DNA from: Acidobacteriota bacterium | GTDB lineage: Bacteria > Acidobacteriota > CAIWXX01 | DNA length: 64,000 nucleotides | Assembly: GCA_040755995.1 (NCBI GenBank) | Contig: JBFMAF010000034.1 | Span: 32,001 to 96,000 of the forward strand | Direction: 5' to 3' | In this document: positions 1-9,535 of the stretch, piece by piece | Position numbering within the stretch: the stretch's first letter is position 1 | Layout of the letters: every line of letters begins with the position of its first letter | Position numbers and translations under genes: made by a program | Notes under the pieces: generated by a model | What the model was told of the DNA's origin: nothing | Databases searched by the model: none | What the model saw: only the letters and a program-made list of their open reading frames with translations

Positions 1-168
1 GCGGCTCTCGGGCCCGAAGCCGACGCGGTCGACGGGTCTGAGCGCTCCATCGAGAATGTTGAACTCTACCTCCAGACCTGAAGTACCCCGGTCGAACTGG
101 TTCTCGATCGAGGACTCCGTGGCCAGGCGGTATTTCTCGGCGAATCGATGCCAGTCCGCTGGTGTCAT
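1..168 (-). CDS. 5' part of a probable glutamate-cysteine ligase (GCS2)-like protein, running off the window
   Basis: Hand translation MTPADWHRFAEKYRLATESSIENQFDRGTSGLEVEFNILD...; GxExE motif typical of GCS2 N-termini; GGAG RBS upstream of ATG at 168. Confidence 0.5.
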   Translation of the reverse strand, partial: MTPADWHRFAEKYRLATESSIENQFDRGTSGLEVEFNILDGALRPVDRVGFGPESR

Positions 169-224
169 GCTGTCTCCGTTGTCAGCTGGCTAGCGAGGCT
201 GCGCTTGCGGATCTCGCCTGCCGA

Positions 225-1544
225 TCACAGCGCCTGCAGGGCCTCCCACATGCGCTGCGCCGCGCGCTCGGTCAAGTCGGGGGGAAGCGCGTAGGAGAAA
301 CGGATCCATCGAGACCCGTAGTCGCTGAAGTAGACGCCCGGGACGACGGCCAGCCCGAACCGTTCGGCCAGGTATGACCCCATGCCGGCAGAGTCGGTCA
401 TCTTGCCGCGATCGATCCACGCGCCCAGGTCGAGGAAGGCGTAGTACCCCTTCCCCAGAATGTGGCGGATACCTTTCTCTCGCAAGAAGCGGCCGAGCAC
501 CGCGCGGCTCTGGTTGGTCGGTGACACGATGCCCGCGCACGCGTTGCCGAAGCCCATGCGGTAGGCGGCTATTGCCACGGCCTGGCTGTGGAACGAAGGA
601 ATCACCGCGTGAGAGGCGATGTTCTGGATGAACTTGATAACCTTCTTGGAAGCCACCAGGTGAGCGTTGCGTACGTTGCTGGCTCCGAGCGATTTCGTTA
701 TCCCATCGAGGAAGATGCATCGCTCGCGATCGGACGGATCGAGGGACAGCAGGAAGCGGTTGAGGTCCAGGGGCGACTCATCGGTTACCCAGTGGTATAT
801 CCAGTCGAAGAGCACGAAGGGGACGCCGGCGGCCAGCGCGTACCGGGCGAGGGCGATCTGCTCGTCGGCGCTCATCGTGCGGCCGGTCGGGTTGTCCGGG
901 CTCGTGATGATCAGCCCGCACACCCGGCGGTCGCCCAGCCTTCTTGCTTCTTCGATGCAAGAATCGACAGCTTCCCGCGTCAGCGCCCAGCCGTCGGACT
1001 CGCGGCCTGGTGCGAGCATCACGTTGGCGCCGATCGAATACGGGCCCCAGTTGTACGAGATCCATGGCACGCGCGTCACGACCACGAAATCGCCGCGGCG
1101 CCCATGCCCGAGGTGCATCATGGCGTCGTAGGCTTTCACCAGGGCATCGCGGCCGCCCTGGCAGGCGAGAACGCTGTCGGGTCCCCAGCCCGTGCTTGCA
1201 TCCAGGTGCCAGTAGTCCTGCACGACCGTTCGCCGGAACATGTCGCATCCGTACGGCTGGTCGTATGCGCTGCCGTGGTCCTTCTGCAGCTGATGCGCCG
1301 CATCAAGTATCACCTGGGGCACCCCCGGCAGGCTGGCTCCCCCATCCCCCTGGCTCGCGTCGAACATCTCGCCCCCAGGCGCCTGCTTCTCGTACACCGC
1401 CAGCGCGTTGCGGATCTCGAACATCCGGCTGCCGGGTATCGTACGCATGGCCGACATACTGGCATCCACACCACCCAGCTCCTCCGGAGCGACCACCAGA
1501 GCCGGCCTCTCATCGGGTAGCATCGCGAAGTTGTTTGAGCCCAC
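225..1544 (-). CDS. PLP-dependent aminotransferase, class I/II
   Basis: SPDNPTG, DWIY and TKSLGASNVR (PLP lysine) motifs, C-terminal IRFSYA; start moved to GTG 1544 behind GAGGAGG. Confidence 0.85.
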   Translation of the reverse strand: MGSNNFAMLPDERPALVVAPEELGGVDASMSAMRTIPGSRMFEIRNALAVYEKQAPGGEMFDASQGDGGASLPGVPQVILDAAHQLQKDHGSAYDQPYGCDMFRRTVVQDYWHLDASTGWGPDSVLACQGGRDALVKAYDAMMHLGHGRRGDFVVVTRVPWISYNWGPYSIGANVMLAPGRESDGWALTREAVDSCIEEARRLGDRRVCGLIITSPDNPTGRTMSADEQIALARYALAAGVPFVLFDWIYHWVTDESPLDLNRFLLSLDPSDRERCIFLDGITKSLGASNVRNAHLVASKKVIKFIQNIASHAVIPSFHSQAVAIAAYRMGFGNACAGIVSPTNQSRAVLGRFLREKGIRHILGKGYYAFLDLGAWIDRGKMTDSAGMGSYLAERFGLAVVPGVYFSDYGSRWIRFSYALPPDLTERAAQRMWEALQAL

Positions 1545-1699
1545 GACACCCTCCTCATTTAGCGCGATTCGACATGGCCTCCCGCCCCCGGAGGCGGCGT
1601 ACACATACCAAACATTCGCGGCCGTGTAAAGCAGGGCCGCACGGATCTGGTCCGCTCTGCCGGTGGAAAACGCAGCCCCGCCGGACTCGCTACCTGGGC

Positions 1700-4450
1700 C
1701 TACCGTACCGTCACTACCACCAGCGTCAGGTCGTCGGCCTGAGGGGCGCTCCCGACGAACTCGTTCACGGCAGCGAGGATCGACTGCAGCACATCAGAGG
1801 CAGGTTTTCCGAGCTCGGCAGCAACCAGCCGCGCCACACGCTCGTCGCCGAACTCCTCGTCGCGTTCGTTCTTCGCATCAGGGAGGCCGTCGGTGTAGAC
1901 GAGCAGCATATCCTCGGGCTGGAGCTCTATCGTTGCGCTCTCATATGATGCATCCGGGAAGACGCCAAGGATGGTACCGCCCATTTCCAGCCGCTCCAGC
2001 CGCCTGTCCGGGCTCGCTGCTCTGACCAGCATCGGTGGGTTGTGCCCGGCATTGACGTACGTGAGGCAGCGGCTATCGTCGTCGTACAGGCCGTAGAAGA
2101 AGGTCGCGTAGCGTTCGATCTGTGAGGATGCGTGCAGGTAGCGATTGATAGTCCCCATGAGCCGCTCGACCTCTCTTCCCAGCGCGGGCGCATGGCTGCG
2201 GAGAAGCGCCTGGAGGTTGGACATGAGGAGTGCGGCGGAGACGCCCTTTCCGGATATATCGCCGACGGCAATGCCGAGCTGGCGCGGCCCCACCTCCACG
2301 AAGTCAAAATAGTCGCCGCCGATGCCGCGGGCGGGCTTGCAGGCGCCGGCGCAGTCGATGGTTGATAGACTCGGGATCGCCTGCGGGAAGAGCTGCGACT
2401 GCACGTCTCCTGCGATCTGCAGCTCGCGCTGCAGCTTCTCCTGCTCGGCCACCTGCACGATCAGCTGGGTATAGTCCAGGGCGACGGCGGCCTGACCGGC
2501 GACGGCCAGCAACAGCTCCTTGTCTTCGCGCGAGTAGGGCTCTTCTGAGAGCTTCTCACCCAAGCTGATGAACCCCATGAGACGGGTGCCGGTGGAGAGC
2601 GGCACGAGGAGTCGAGTGTTGAGGATCTCCAGCAGGCGTCTCTCCTGGTATTCGGCCTGATCCGCGGGCTGCGCGTCGGCCAGTGGTCTGGCCCACGACT
2701 TCGGATCGTCGAGCCAGACTTCGAGGGCACGCGGTTCCTCGGCGGCGAGCCGTTCGACCTCGCGCACGACGAGAGCATTCTGCGGGAGCGACATCGGGTG
2801 CTGCTCAAAGCTTTCGATCACGTCGTTCTCCGCGTGACCCGTTCTGACCTGGTGCCGGGCGCATACGAATGTGCCGGGAGGCAGGGGATCGTACCGGCCG
2901 TCAGAACCCATGACCGGTCTGAAACTCGTATCCCCTTTCCGCAGAAAAATCGCCGCGTGGTCGGGGTGAAGCGAGTTGCAGAGCGCGTCAGTCACGGTCG
3001 CGAGGAGATCATCGGGACGCGCTGCAAGCCTTCTCACGGCCTGGCTGAGGTCCGTCAGGACGTGCTGCGCGTTGTAGGCCTCGCGGAAGAACCGCCGGTC
3101 GATGGCGTGCAGGACCGGCATGTTCGCGCGCCGCAGACCAATCACGGCGGCCGATGTGACCGCACCGGTGACGATGGCGATAGTGCTGGCGCGGGCGCCG
3201 GGGAGAAGAGCCGACAACAATGGCGCAGCCCCGAAAAACAACACCGAGAAGATCAACGCCGCCTCGACGACCAGGAATCCGCGGGACACCAGCGCGTACT
3301 GCAGGCCGCGACGCAGGATCAGGCGAATGCCGAAGACGCGGTGCTTCGCGACGGCGTAAATAAAGGATAGAGGAAAGAGGAGGACGCAAAGGAGTGCCGC
3401 GCCGAGCCTCCACATCGAAGGCGGCTGATCGGGCCGAAGGACGCCGTAGGTGCCCAGCAGAGTGTACGGCAGCAGCCCGATCAGCGCGCCCGAGAGAAGG
3501 ATCGTCATCCGACGCTTCTCGTCCCGACTCTCGGCTCGAATTGTGTTCTCGACGAGCGAAGCCAGGCCGATCATGCACATCGGGGCGAAAACCAGTGCCC
3601 CTGCCATGCGCACGAGATCGGGGCTCGGCGACAAGCGGCCTGCCAGGTCGAACGATACCAGCTGTATCGCGCCTCTGCCCACGGCGACCATCGCAGCAAC
3701 GACGCTCAGTGCAAAGCCGACGGTCTTGATCCAGGGCAGGCGCCGTTCAATGACAGACGGCGATGGGAAGACCAGGAAGAAACGCATCATGAGGTATGGG
3801 GCAAACACGCCCAGGATGGAGTTCTGTAGCAATGCGGCTTCCCGGAGGCCGGGAGGAAACACGAGGGAGTTTTTCCCGAAGAGGGCTGAGAGGCCCAGAA
3901 AGAGGTAGCTCGCCAGCCTGGCCTTCCGGTCTTCGGGTTTGATTAGGGCGAGGAGCAAGGCCGTTGTGATCGCCAACAGAGGCAGGACCACAAACGACAC
4001 AATCCTGAGAAGCCACATCTCGATGCCTATGGACGACGGCAGGGACGGAGGCATCATGATCCTGACAGTCCGGGGTCCCTGCGCCGCTTGCCGCAGGACA
4101 TCGAGCGCCCACGGCTCGCCGTACTGTATCGTCCTCATTGTCCGCGTGTAGTCCATGAGGGATCGAACGGGTCCACCCTGCCCCCTGGCATTGTAAACTG
4201 CGAATATTCGGTCACCGGCCTCCACGCCCGCAATCGCCGCCGGGCTGGGATTACCCGCCGAATCCGTGTCTCGGACGCTCACGACCGTCAGATAGCCGCC
4301 GTCAAGACCGGTGACCATCCCCACAACCCATATGATCGATCCCGGCGTACGGAGAATACCGCGTCCGAACAGCAGCTGATGGACGTCAAGGACCCAGAAC
4401 AAGGAAGCCAGGCCGCACAGAGCCAGGAGCACCCAGTGGCGCTTCTTCAT
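1700..4450 (-). CDS. Membrane PP2C/SpoIIE (RsbU-like) phosphatase with PDZ-like and GAF domains
   Basis: SPAAIAGVEAGD PDZ-like segment, multiple TM helices, GGDYFD, GDISGKG, YTDGL and DDLT motifs. Confidence 0.9.
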   Translation of the reverse strand: MKKRHWVLLALCGLASLFWVLDVHQLLFGRGILRTPGSIIWVVGMVTGLDGGYLTVVSVRDTDSAGNPSPAAIAGVEAGDRIFAVYNARGQGGPVRSLMDYTRTMRTIQYGEPWALDVLRQAAQGPRTVRIMMPPSLPSSIGIEMWLLRIVSFVVLPLLAITTALLLALIKPEDRKARLASYLFLGLSALFGKNSLVFPPGLREAALLQNSILGVFAPYLMMRFFLVFPSPSVIERRLPWIKTVGFALSVVAAMVAVGRGAIQLVSFDLAGRLSPSPDLVRMAGALVFAPMCMIGLASLVENTIRAESRDEKRRMTILLSGALIGLLPYTLLGTYGVLRPDQPPSMWRLGAALLCVLLFPLSFIYAVAKHRVFGIRLILRRGLQYALVSRGFLVVEAALIFSVLFFGAAPLLSALLPGARASTIAIVTGAVTSAAVIGLRRANMPVLHAIDRRFFREAYNAQHVLTDLSQAVRRLAARPDDLLATVTDALCNSLHPDHAAIFLRKGDTSFRPVMGSDGRYDPLPPGTFVCARHQVRTGHAENDVIESFEQHPMSLPQNALVVREVERLAAEEPRALEVWLDDPKSWARPLADAQPADQAEYQERRLLEILNTRLLVPLSTGTRLMGFISLGEKLSEEPYSREDKELLLAVAGQAAVALDYTQLIVQVAEQEKLQRELQIAGDVQSQLFPQAIPSLSTIDCAGACKPARGIGGDYFDFVEVGPRQLGIAVGDISGKGVSAALLMSNLQALLRSHAPALGREVERLMGTINRYLHASSQIERYATFFYGLYDDDSRCLTYVNAGHNPPMLVRAASPDRRLERLEMGGTILGVFPDASYESATIELQPEDMLLVYTDGLPDAKNERDEEFGDERVARLVAAELGKPASDVLQSILAAVNEFVGSAPQADDLTLVVVTVR

Positions 4451-4558
4451 GTGGCCCGCTCTTCAATCGCTCTCAGCCACGAGGGGGTTCGTGACTGCCG
4501 CTGGCGCGACAGGTAGCCATCTCGGCGTCCTCCCCTCGTCTCCGTGGCTCCGCGTTTC

Positions 4559-4927
4559 CTACTTCCTCGCCGCGCGGCGGGCGGTGTCGAGCAACTCGTC
4601 GAGCTCGGTCGGCTTCAGAAGGTACTCGAAGGCCCCGAGCTCCATACCCTGCACCCCCAATTCCACCGATGCATGCCCGGTCAGCAGTATGACTGGCACT
4701 GCCGGATAGTCCCGCCGCATGCGCCGCAACAGCTCGAGGCCGTCCATCCCGGGCATCTTCACGTCGACCACTGCGCAGTCGTAGCCTTCTCCTGACGCCA
4801 GGGCCTTGAGCGCATCCTCCCCGCTCAGAGCCGTCGTGCAGGCAACGCCTCGTCGAGTCAGGCGAATACACAGGGGCTCCAAGAACTCAACCTCGTCGTC
4901 TACCAACAGGATCCTGAAATCCGCCAT
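4559..4927 (-). CDS. Single-domain response regulator (REC)
   Basis: ILLVDDE, DVKMPGMDG, LTGH and KP motifs. Confidence 0.92.
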   Translation of the reverse strand: MADFRILLVDDEVEFLEPLCIRLTRRGVACTTALSGEDALKALASGEGYDCAVVDVKMPGMDGLELLRRMRRDYPAVPVILLTGHASVELGVQGMELGAFEYLLKPTELDELLDTARRAARK

Positions 4928-4994
4928 CTAGTGCCTCCTTAATAGTCAAGCCAGCCCGCCCTGGTCCCCACGCGTGTGGGAATCCCTGTGATGC

Positions 4995-7574
4995 TCAAGA
5001 CCCGCTCGCATCGCCAGTCGCCATAGACTCGGAGCCCTTGAATCCGTAGTCACCCGCCATGAAGGCATCCTCGTACGCCCGCATCACGCCGTCCGATACA
5101 AGCGCCATGTCCAGATGATTGACGTAGCCCATCACGAGACCGGTCAGGAACAGCTTATCCTCCATCTCACGTGACGGCAAGTGCCGCACACGTGCATTGA
5201 TCAGATCCGCCCGACAGTCCGTCTCGAAGCCGCTGCGCAACAGCAGCCGCTGAATCAACTGGGCTCGACGGCTGCGCTGGTCAATGCCCGTCGAACCACC
5301 GACGAAGCGAAACGAGAGGTAGTTGGACTCGATCGCCTCCCCGATTCTCGAGTCCACAGTAGAGAAGTGGTACCCTATGCGTGAATTGAGATTGAGGTAG
5401 TTCGCCGTGATGAAGGCGTATGACGGCTCGCCCATCGCCCGCATCCGCACATCCTGGTCGAAGTTGTAGTTCACGATAGCCGACATGAAGCCCTTCAGCG
5501 AGACGGGCCTCTCCATCTGCCACTTCAAGCGCGGATCGGTCATGCCGTTCCACAGCACGCGCATCGGAATGCAAGTCACGTCGTCTATGGTAACGTCGCC
5601 TTCGCCCAGTCCATCGCGCAGGCCGCCGCCAAGGTCCAGAACGCGGCAGTCGATCGGGACAGCCGAGACCAGGCGGCGCACCTTCGCGCCCTGGCGGGTG
5701 GCGCGGTCGCCGAGGGCAAACATCGATTCCACCGTCGCCTGGTGGCAGAACCGGATGATGTCGTGTATGGTGTTGCACTTCCGAGGCGAGCAGCCGCTCG
5801 CGAGGCGGTCTTGCAGAGTCAGAGGCGTGATCTTCTCCGCCACCGACGCCAGCAGCTCCACGTGCGGGTTCCTCCGCACTTCCGCATAGGGGGTGGCGGC
5901 GGCCAGCGCACCCTCGACTCGCCCGGCGTACACCACACCGGCGTCGGCATCCACAGTAACGAGGATGCCGGGCTTCAGGGCGCGCGTCGCCGAGCGCGTG
6001 GCGAAAAGCGCTGGCACTCGCAGCTCGCGGGCCACGGTCGCCAGGTGCCCCGTAACCTCGCCCATATCCGAGACGATCGCAGAGGCGTGCTGCAGAAGCA
6101 CGGCGAGACGCGGATTCGCCTCATCCGTCACGATCACTGCGCCACGCGGGCATCGGATGATGTCGAGATCGGTCTTGACTGCGAACACGTCGCCGCACGC
6201 GGCCCCGCCACTCGCTCGCGAGCCGCCCTCGAGCAGCACCGGGACGCCCTCGATGCGGGCCTTCTGGAACGTCCTGCCCTCCTCCGCGTGCACCGGCTGC
6301 GGCCGCACCTGCAGCACGTAGACCTTCCCGTCCGCGTCCAGCGCCCACTCCATGTCGATCGGCGTTCCCAGAGCCGAGTCGAGTCGCCAGGCCAGCCTCG
6401 CCACCTGATTCGCCTGCTCCTCGCTCAGGATCGGCGTACCAGCCGCCGCCGAATCAAGCTCCAGCTTCTCCGTTCCTTCCCCAGAGGCGCATCGCAGCAG
6501 CGACGTCTGGACACCCTGCTTGTGTGAAAGCAGCTTCTCCCGAGGTCGATCGAACACGTAGGTGTCGGGCTCGACCGAACCATCCACCGCCGAAAGCCCC
6601 AGCCCACGGACTGCCTGCAGCAAAGTCACTTCGCCCTGTTCCGTTCTGCAGGCGCTGTAGAGCACACCTGCGGCGGTCGCGTCGACCATGGAGATAACGC
6701 AGCAGCACATAGCCACCTCATGATCGTCGAAGCCGCGCCCCAGGCGGTAGGTGATCGCCTGCGGCGAGTACTTACTCGCGATCACCTGCTTGAACGCTTC
6801 CAGGACTCCGTCACGCGTGACGTTGAGCATCGAACGGTACTGGCCGGCAAAGGACAGTTCCAGGCCGCCTTCCTGCAAGGCGCTGGATCGCACGGCCAGC
6901 CGCAGGCCCTGGCCGCCCGGCAACTCCGCGGCTGCACCGCGCAGCGCGGTGGAGAGCGCGGGCGGTATCCGTGCGCCCTCCACCATTCGAGTGATCTCGG
7001 CAGAGACGCGGAAACATCCCTCGGTATTCTCCAGACCAGCGCCCGCCATCGCCTGCGCGATACGCTCCCCGAGCCCGCCGGCGCACATGAGCTCGCGGTA
7101 GGCGGTGACCGTCGTTACGAAGCCGTCCGGTACGTGTCCGCCCAGAATGCGACGCGCCTCGCCCAGGAAAGCGCTCTTCTGCCCGACTACCTCGGCCAGC
7201 CCCGCTCCCACCTCGGACAGCGGAATCACCGGACCGACCTCGCTGAGCACTGGGGTCACCTCAACCCTCTTCGTGATCCACTCCTTGAGCTCCTCGAAGC
7301 GAGGGACGATGGCTCTGTACTTGGAGCCGGTCATGCGAGTCAGATTCACGACCATGCGGTATGTCTGCACTGTCACGCCGGTGACAAGGCGCCGGACCTC
7401 CGCCGCCGACGCATGCTTCTCTCCCGCGAGCACCTGCTGGATCGTCGCCATGCAGCCCAGCGCGGCATTGTTCGCCTGCAACACCTCGCGGAAGCAGTCG
7501 ATCTTCAGGTCGAGACTCGGCGGGGCAGCCTTTCCCTGGCCGAATATCCTCGATGCAAAGCCCTTCAGACTCAT
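4995..7574 (-). CDS. PEP synthase/PPDK-like protein (nucleotide-binding domain, phospho-His swivel domain, atypical C-terminus)
   Basis: VGQKSAFLGE, AVRSSA..E, SFAGQY, DMEWA, LQVRP, TGHLATVARE; true start likely ATG 7574 (MSLKGF), the ORF-track extension to 8264 overlaps the opposite-strand gene. Confidence 0.8.
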   Translation of the reverse strand: MSLKGFASRIFGQGKAAPPSLDLKIDCFREVLQANNAALGCMATIQQVLAGEKHASAAEVRRLVTGVTVQTYRMVVNLTRMTGSKYRAIVPRFEELKEWITKRVEVTPVLSEVGPVIPLSEVGAGLAEVVGQKSAFLGEARRILGGHVPDGFVTTVTAYRELMCAGGLGERIAQAMAGAGLENTEGCFRVSAEITRMVEGARIPPALSTALRGAAAELPGGQGLRLAVRSSALQEGGLELSFAGQYRSMLNVTRDGVLEAFKQVIASKYSPQAITYRLGRGFDDHEVAMCCCVISMVDATAAGVLYSACRTEQGEVTLLQAVRGLGLSAVDGSVEPDTYVFDRPREKLLSHKQGVQTSLLRCASGEGTEKLELDSAAAGTPILSEEQANQVARLAWRLDSALGTPIDMEWALDADGKVYVLQVRPQPVHAEEGRTFQKARIEGVPVLLEGGSRASGGAACGDVFAVKTDLDIIRCPRGAVIVTDEANPRLAVLLQHASAIVSDMGEVTGHLATVARELRVPALFATRSATRALKPGILVTVDADAGVVYAGRVEGALAAATPYAEVRRNPHVELLASVAEKITPLTLQDRLASGCSPRKCNTIHDIIRFCHQATVESMFALGDRATRQGAKVRRLVSAVPIDCRVLDLGGGLRDGLGEGDVTIDDVTCIPMRVLWNGMTDPRLKWQMERPVSLKGFMSAIVNYNFDQDVRMRAMGEPSYAFITANYLNLNSRIGYHFSTVDSRIGEAIESNYLSFRFVGGSTGIDQRSRRAQLIQRLLLRSGFETDCRADLINARVRHLPSREMEDKLFLTGLVMGYVNHLDMALVSDGVMRAYEDAFMAGDYGFKGSESMATGDASGS

Positions 7575-7913
7575 GCTGACCTGGTGTACAGTGGTCCTCT
7601 CGCACTGCATTATGCCAGCCTGCAGGAGTGCGCACAAGGGAGCCTCCGGACTGCGCCGCTGCCGCGCCGTGGTGACCACGGCACGGTACATCTCGCCGGT
7701 CAGAAGAACGGGAGACGCCGGGAGTGCGCCGATTGCAGCAAGGGATTTGGGGCCGGGGTGCCAGGGCGTCGGGTTGGTTTGACACCTCACCGAGGTCTGC
7801 CGTATTCTTGCCGGCGGCCAATCAGGAACACGGTTTCGAATCTTGGTCCCGCGGTGCTGAACCGAGGACCGACATATCCCGGACTTCGGCTCTGATGCGA
7901 GCAGGAGGTGACG

Positions 7914-9359
7914 ATGCAGTCGAAGTATGAAAAGTTGTGGAAGACCGAGGACTGGTGGGCCGTCTGGCTCGGGCTGGGGATCATCCTGTTCGCCTTTCTC
8001 ATGTACCAGTGTGGGCAGGCGAAGCTGTTGGGGTCGTTCGCAGTAAGCGCGCCGCGGTGGGGCCACATCACGGATGCTGCCGTGATCCAGCATCTCTCGA
8101 GCGCGTGGCCCTGGTATTTTGTGCTGCTCCTGGCCTTCGGCGCTATCTTCACGATCAGCACGCGCATCATGGGGCACAGGCCCAAGGAGTACGTGCCGGG
8201 CTTCGCTGTCGTTTTCGCCGCCTCGTCTGTCATCCTTTTCTTCTCGAACAGCAAATTCGCTCACAATTACAACCTTGAAGCGCCGCTCCTCGCGCTGATC
8301 GTCGGCCTCATCGTAGGCAACCTGATGCGGATGCCGAAGTGGATGGAGGCGTCGCTGCGCACGGAGTACTACATCAAGACCGGCATCGTGCTGCTCGGAG
8401 CCACTCTGCCGCTGACGCTCATCGTCTCGGCCGGGCCGATTGCGTTTCTTCAGGCCACCATCGTTTCGATATCGACGTGGCTCGTGATCTACCTGGCCAC
8501 GACCCGCATTTTCAAAAAGGAACCGCAGTTCGGCGCCGTCCTTGGAGCAGCCGGCGCCGTTTGCGGCGTCTCTGCGTCGATCGCCGTCGGAGCGTCGGTG
8601 AAGGCGAAGAAGGAACAGATCGCGATCGCGATCTCAATCGTCACGATCTGGGCGATCGTGATGATCTTCTTCATTCCGCTGATGTCGCGCGCGCTGGGAT
8701 TGCCGACGGCAGTGGCCGGCGCGTGGGTCGGCACGTCCGAATTCGCCGATGCGGCCGGGTTTGCCGCGGCGCAGGCCTATTCGCCTCCGATGCCTCAGGA
8801 CCTGCTCGCGATCGAAGAGGCCGTCAGGCAGGGGTCGGCGACCGAGGAGCAGGTGCGGGTCCTGAACGAGCGGAAACCGCACTATGAGAATGAGAATGCC
8901 ATCCGTGCATTCACACTCATGAAAGTCATCGGTCGCGACATCTGGATCGGCATCTGGTGCCTGATACTGTCCGTTGTCTGCGTGGCGTTCTGGGAGAGGG
9001 GATCCGGGGAGCGCGTTGGAGTCCGCGTAGTCTGGGACCGTTTTCCGAAGTTCGTCATCGGCTTCATCATCGCATCAGTCCTGATGACGCTGATCGTCAA
9101 GTTCTACGGAGCCGAGGCCGCCGATGCATTCGCCAAGATCGACAAGGAATTGATCAAGCCGATCAAGACGCTGCGCACATGGACCTTCGTGTTCACGTTC
9201 CTGTGCATCGGGCTTACGACTCGATTCAAGGATCTGTCGAAGTTCGGATGGGAACCGTTCTGGGCATTCACGATCGGCGTGGCGGTGAACGTGCCTCTGG
9301 GCTTCTTCCTGTCGGCATATGCATTCCGGGACTTCTGGCTGCGCATTGCACTGAAGTAG
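7914..9359 (+). CDS. YeiH/UPF0324 family putative sulfate exporter
   Basis: Polytopic membrane protein; KTEDWWAVW, EYYIKTGIVLLG, AVCGVSASIA, FPKFVIGF; AGGAGG RBS before ATG 7914. Confidence 0.85.
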   Translation: MQSKYEKLWKTEDWWAVWLGLGIILFAFLMYQCGQAKLLGSFAVSAPRWGHITDAAVIQHLSSAWPWYFVLLLAFGAIFTISTRIMGHRPKEYVPGFAVVFAASSVILFFSNSKFAHNYNLEAPLLALIVGLIVGNLMRMPKWMEASLRTEYYIKTGIVLLGATLPLTLIVSAGPIAFLQATIVSISTWLVIYLATTRIFKKEPQFGAVLGAAGAVCGVSASIAVGASVKAKKEQIAIAISIVTIWAIVMIFFIPLMSRALGLPTAVAGAWVGTSEFADAAGFAAAQAYSPPMPQDLLAIEEAVRQGSATEEQVRVLNERKPHYENENAIRAFTLMKVIGRDIWIGIWCLILSVVCVAFWERGSGERVGVRVVWDRFPKFVIGFIIASVLMTLIVKFYGAEAADAFAKIDKELIKPIKTLRTWTFVFTFLCIGLTTRFKDLSKFGWEPFWAFTIGVAVNVPLGFFLSAYAFRDFWLRIALK

Positions 9360-9417
9360 AGGGGCGGAGGCCCTCCAGCAGCGCTGCGAGGCACACGAAT
9401 GGACCACGTGCACGATC

Positions 9418-9482
9418 ACAATTGGATGGTCCAAAAATAGCTACAATTGGAGCTTGACGCCATCCGATTAGCGTCCTACCTT
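9418..9482 (+). promoter_or_regulatory. Sigma-70 promoter with putative MocR-type operator
   Basis: TTGACG(9454)-17 nt-TACCTT(9477); direct repeats ACAATTGGA at 9418 and 9443; inverted TTGGA-TGG-TCCAA at 9422-9434. Confidence 0.55.
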
Positions 9483-9535
9483 TGACGGTGGAGCCGTCAG
9501 AGCAGCCGGCGGCCCGTCGACAAGGAGGAGGCGAT

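Noticed and set aside
7575..8264. N-terminal extension of the 1089 aa ORF
   Set aside because: Overlaps the YeiH gene on the opposite strand and has no recognisable motifs; the start at 7574 fits better
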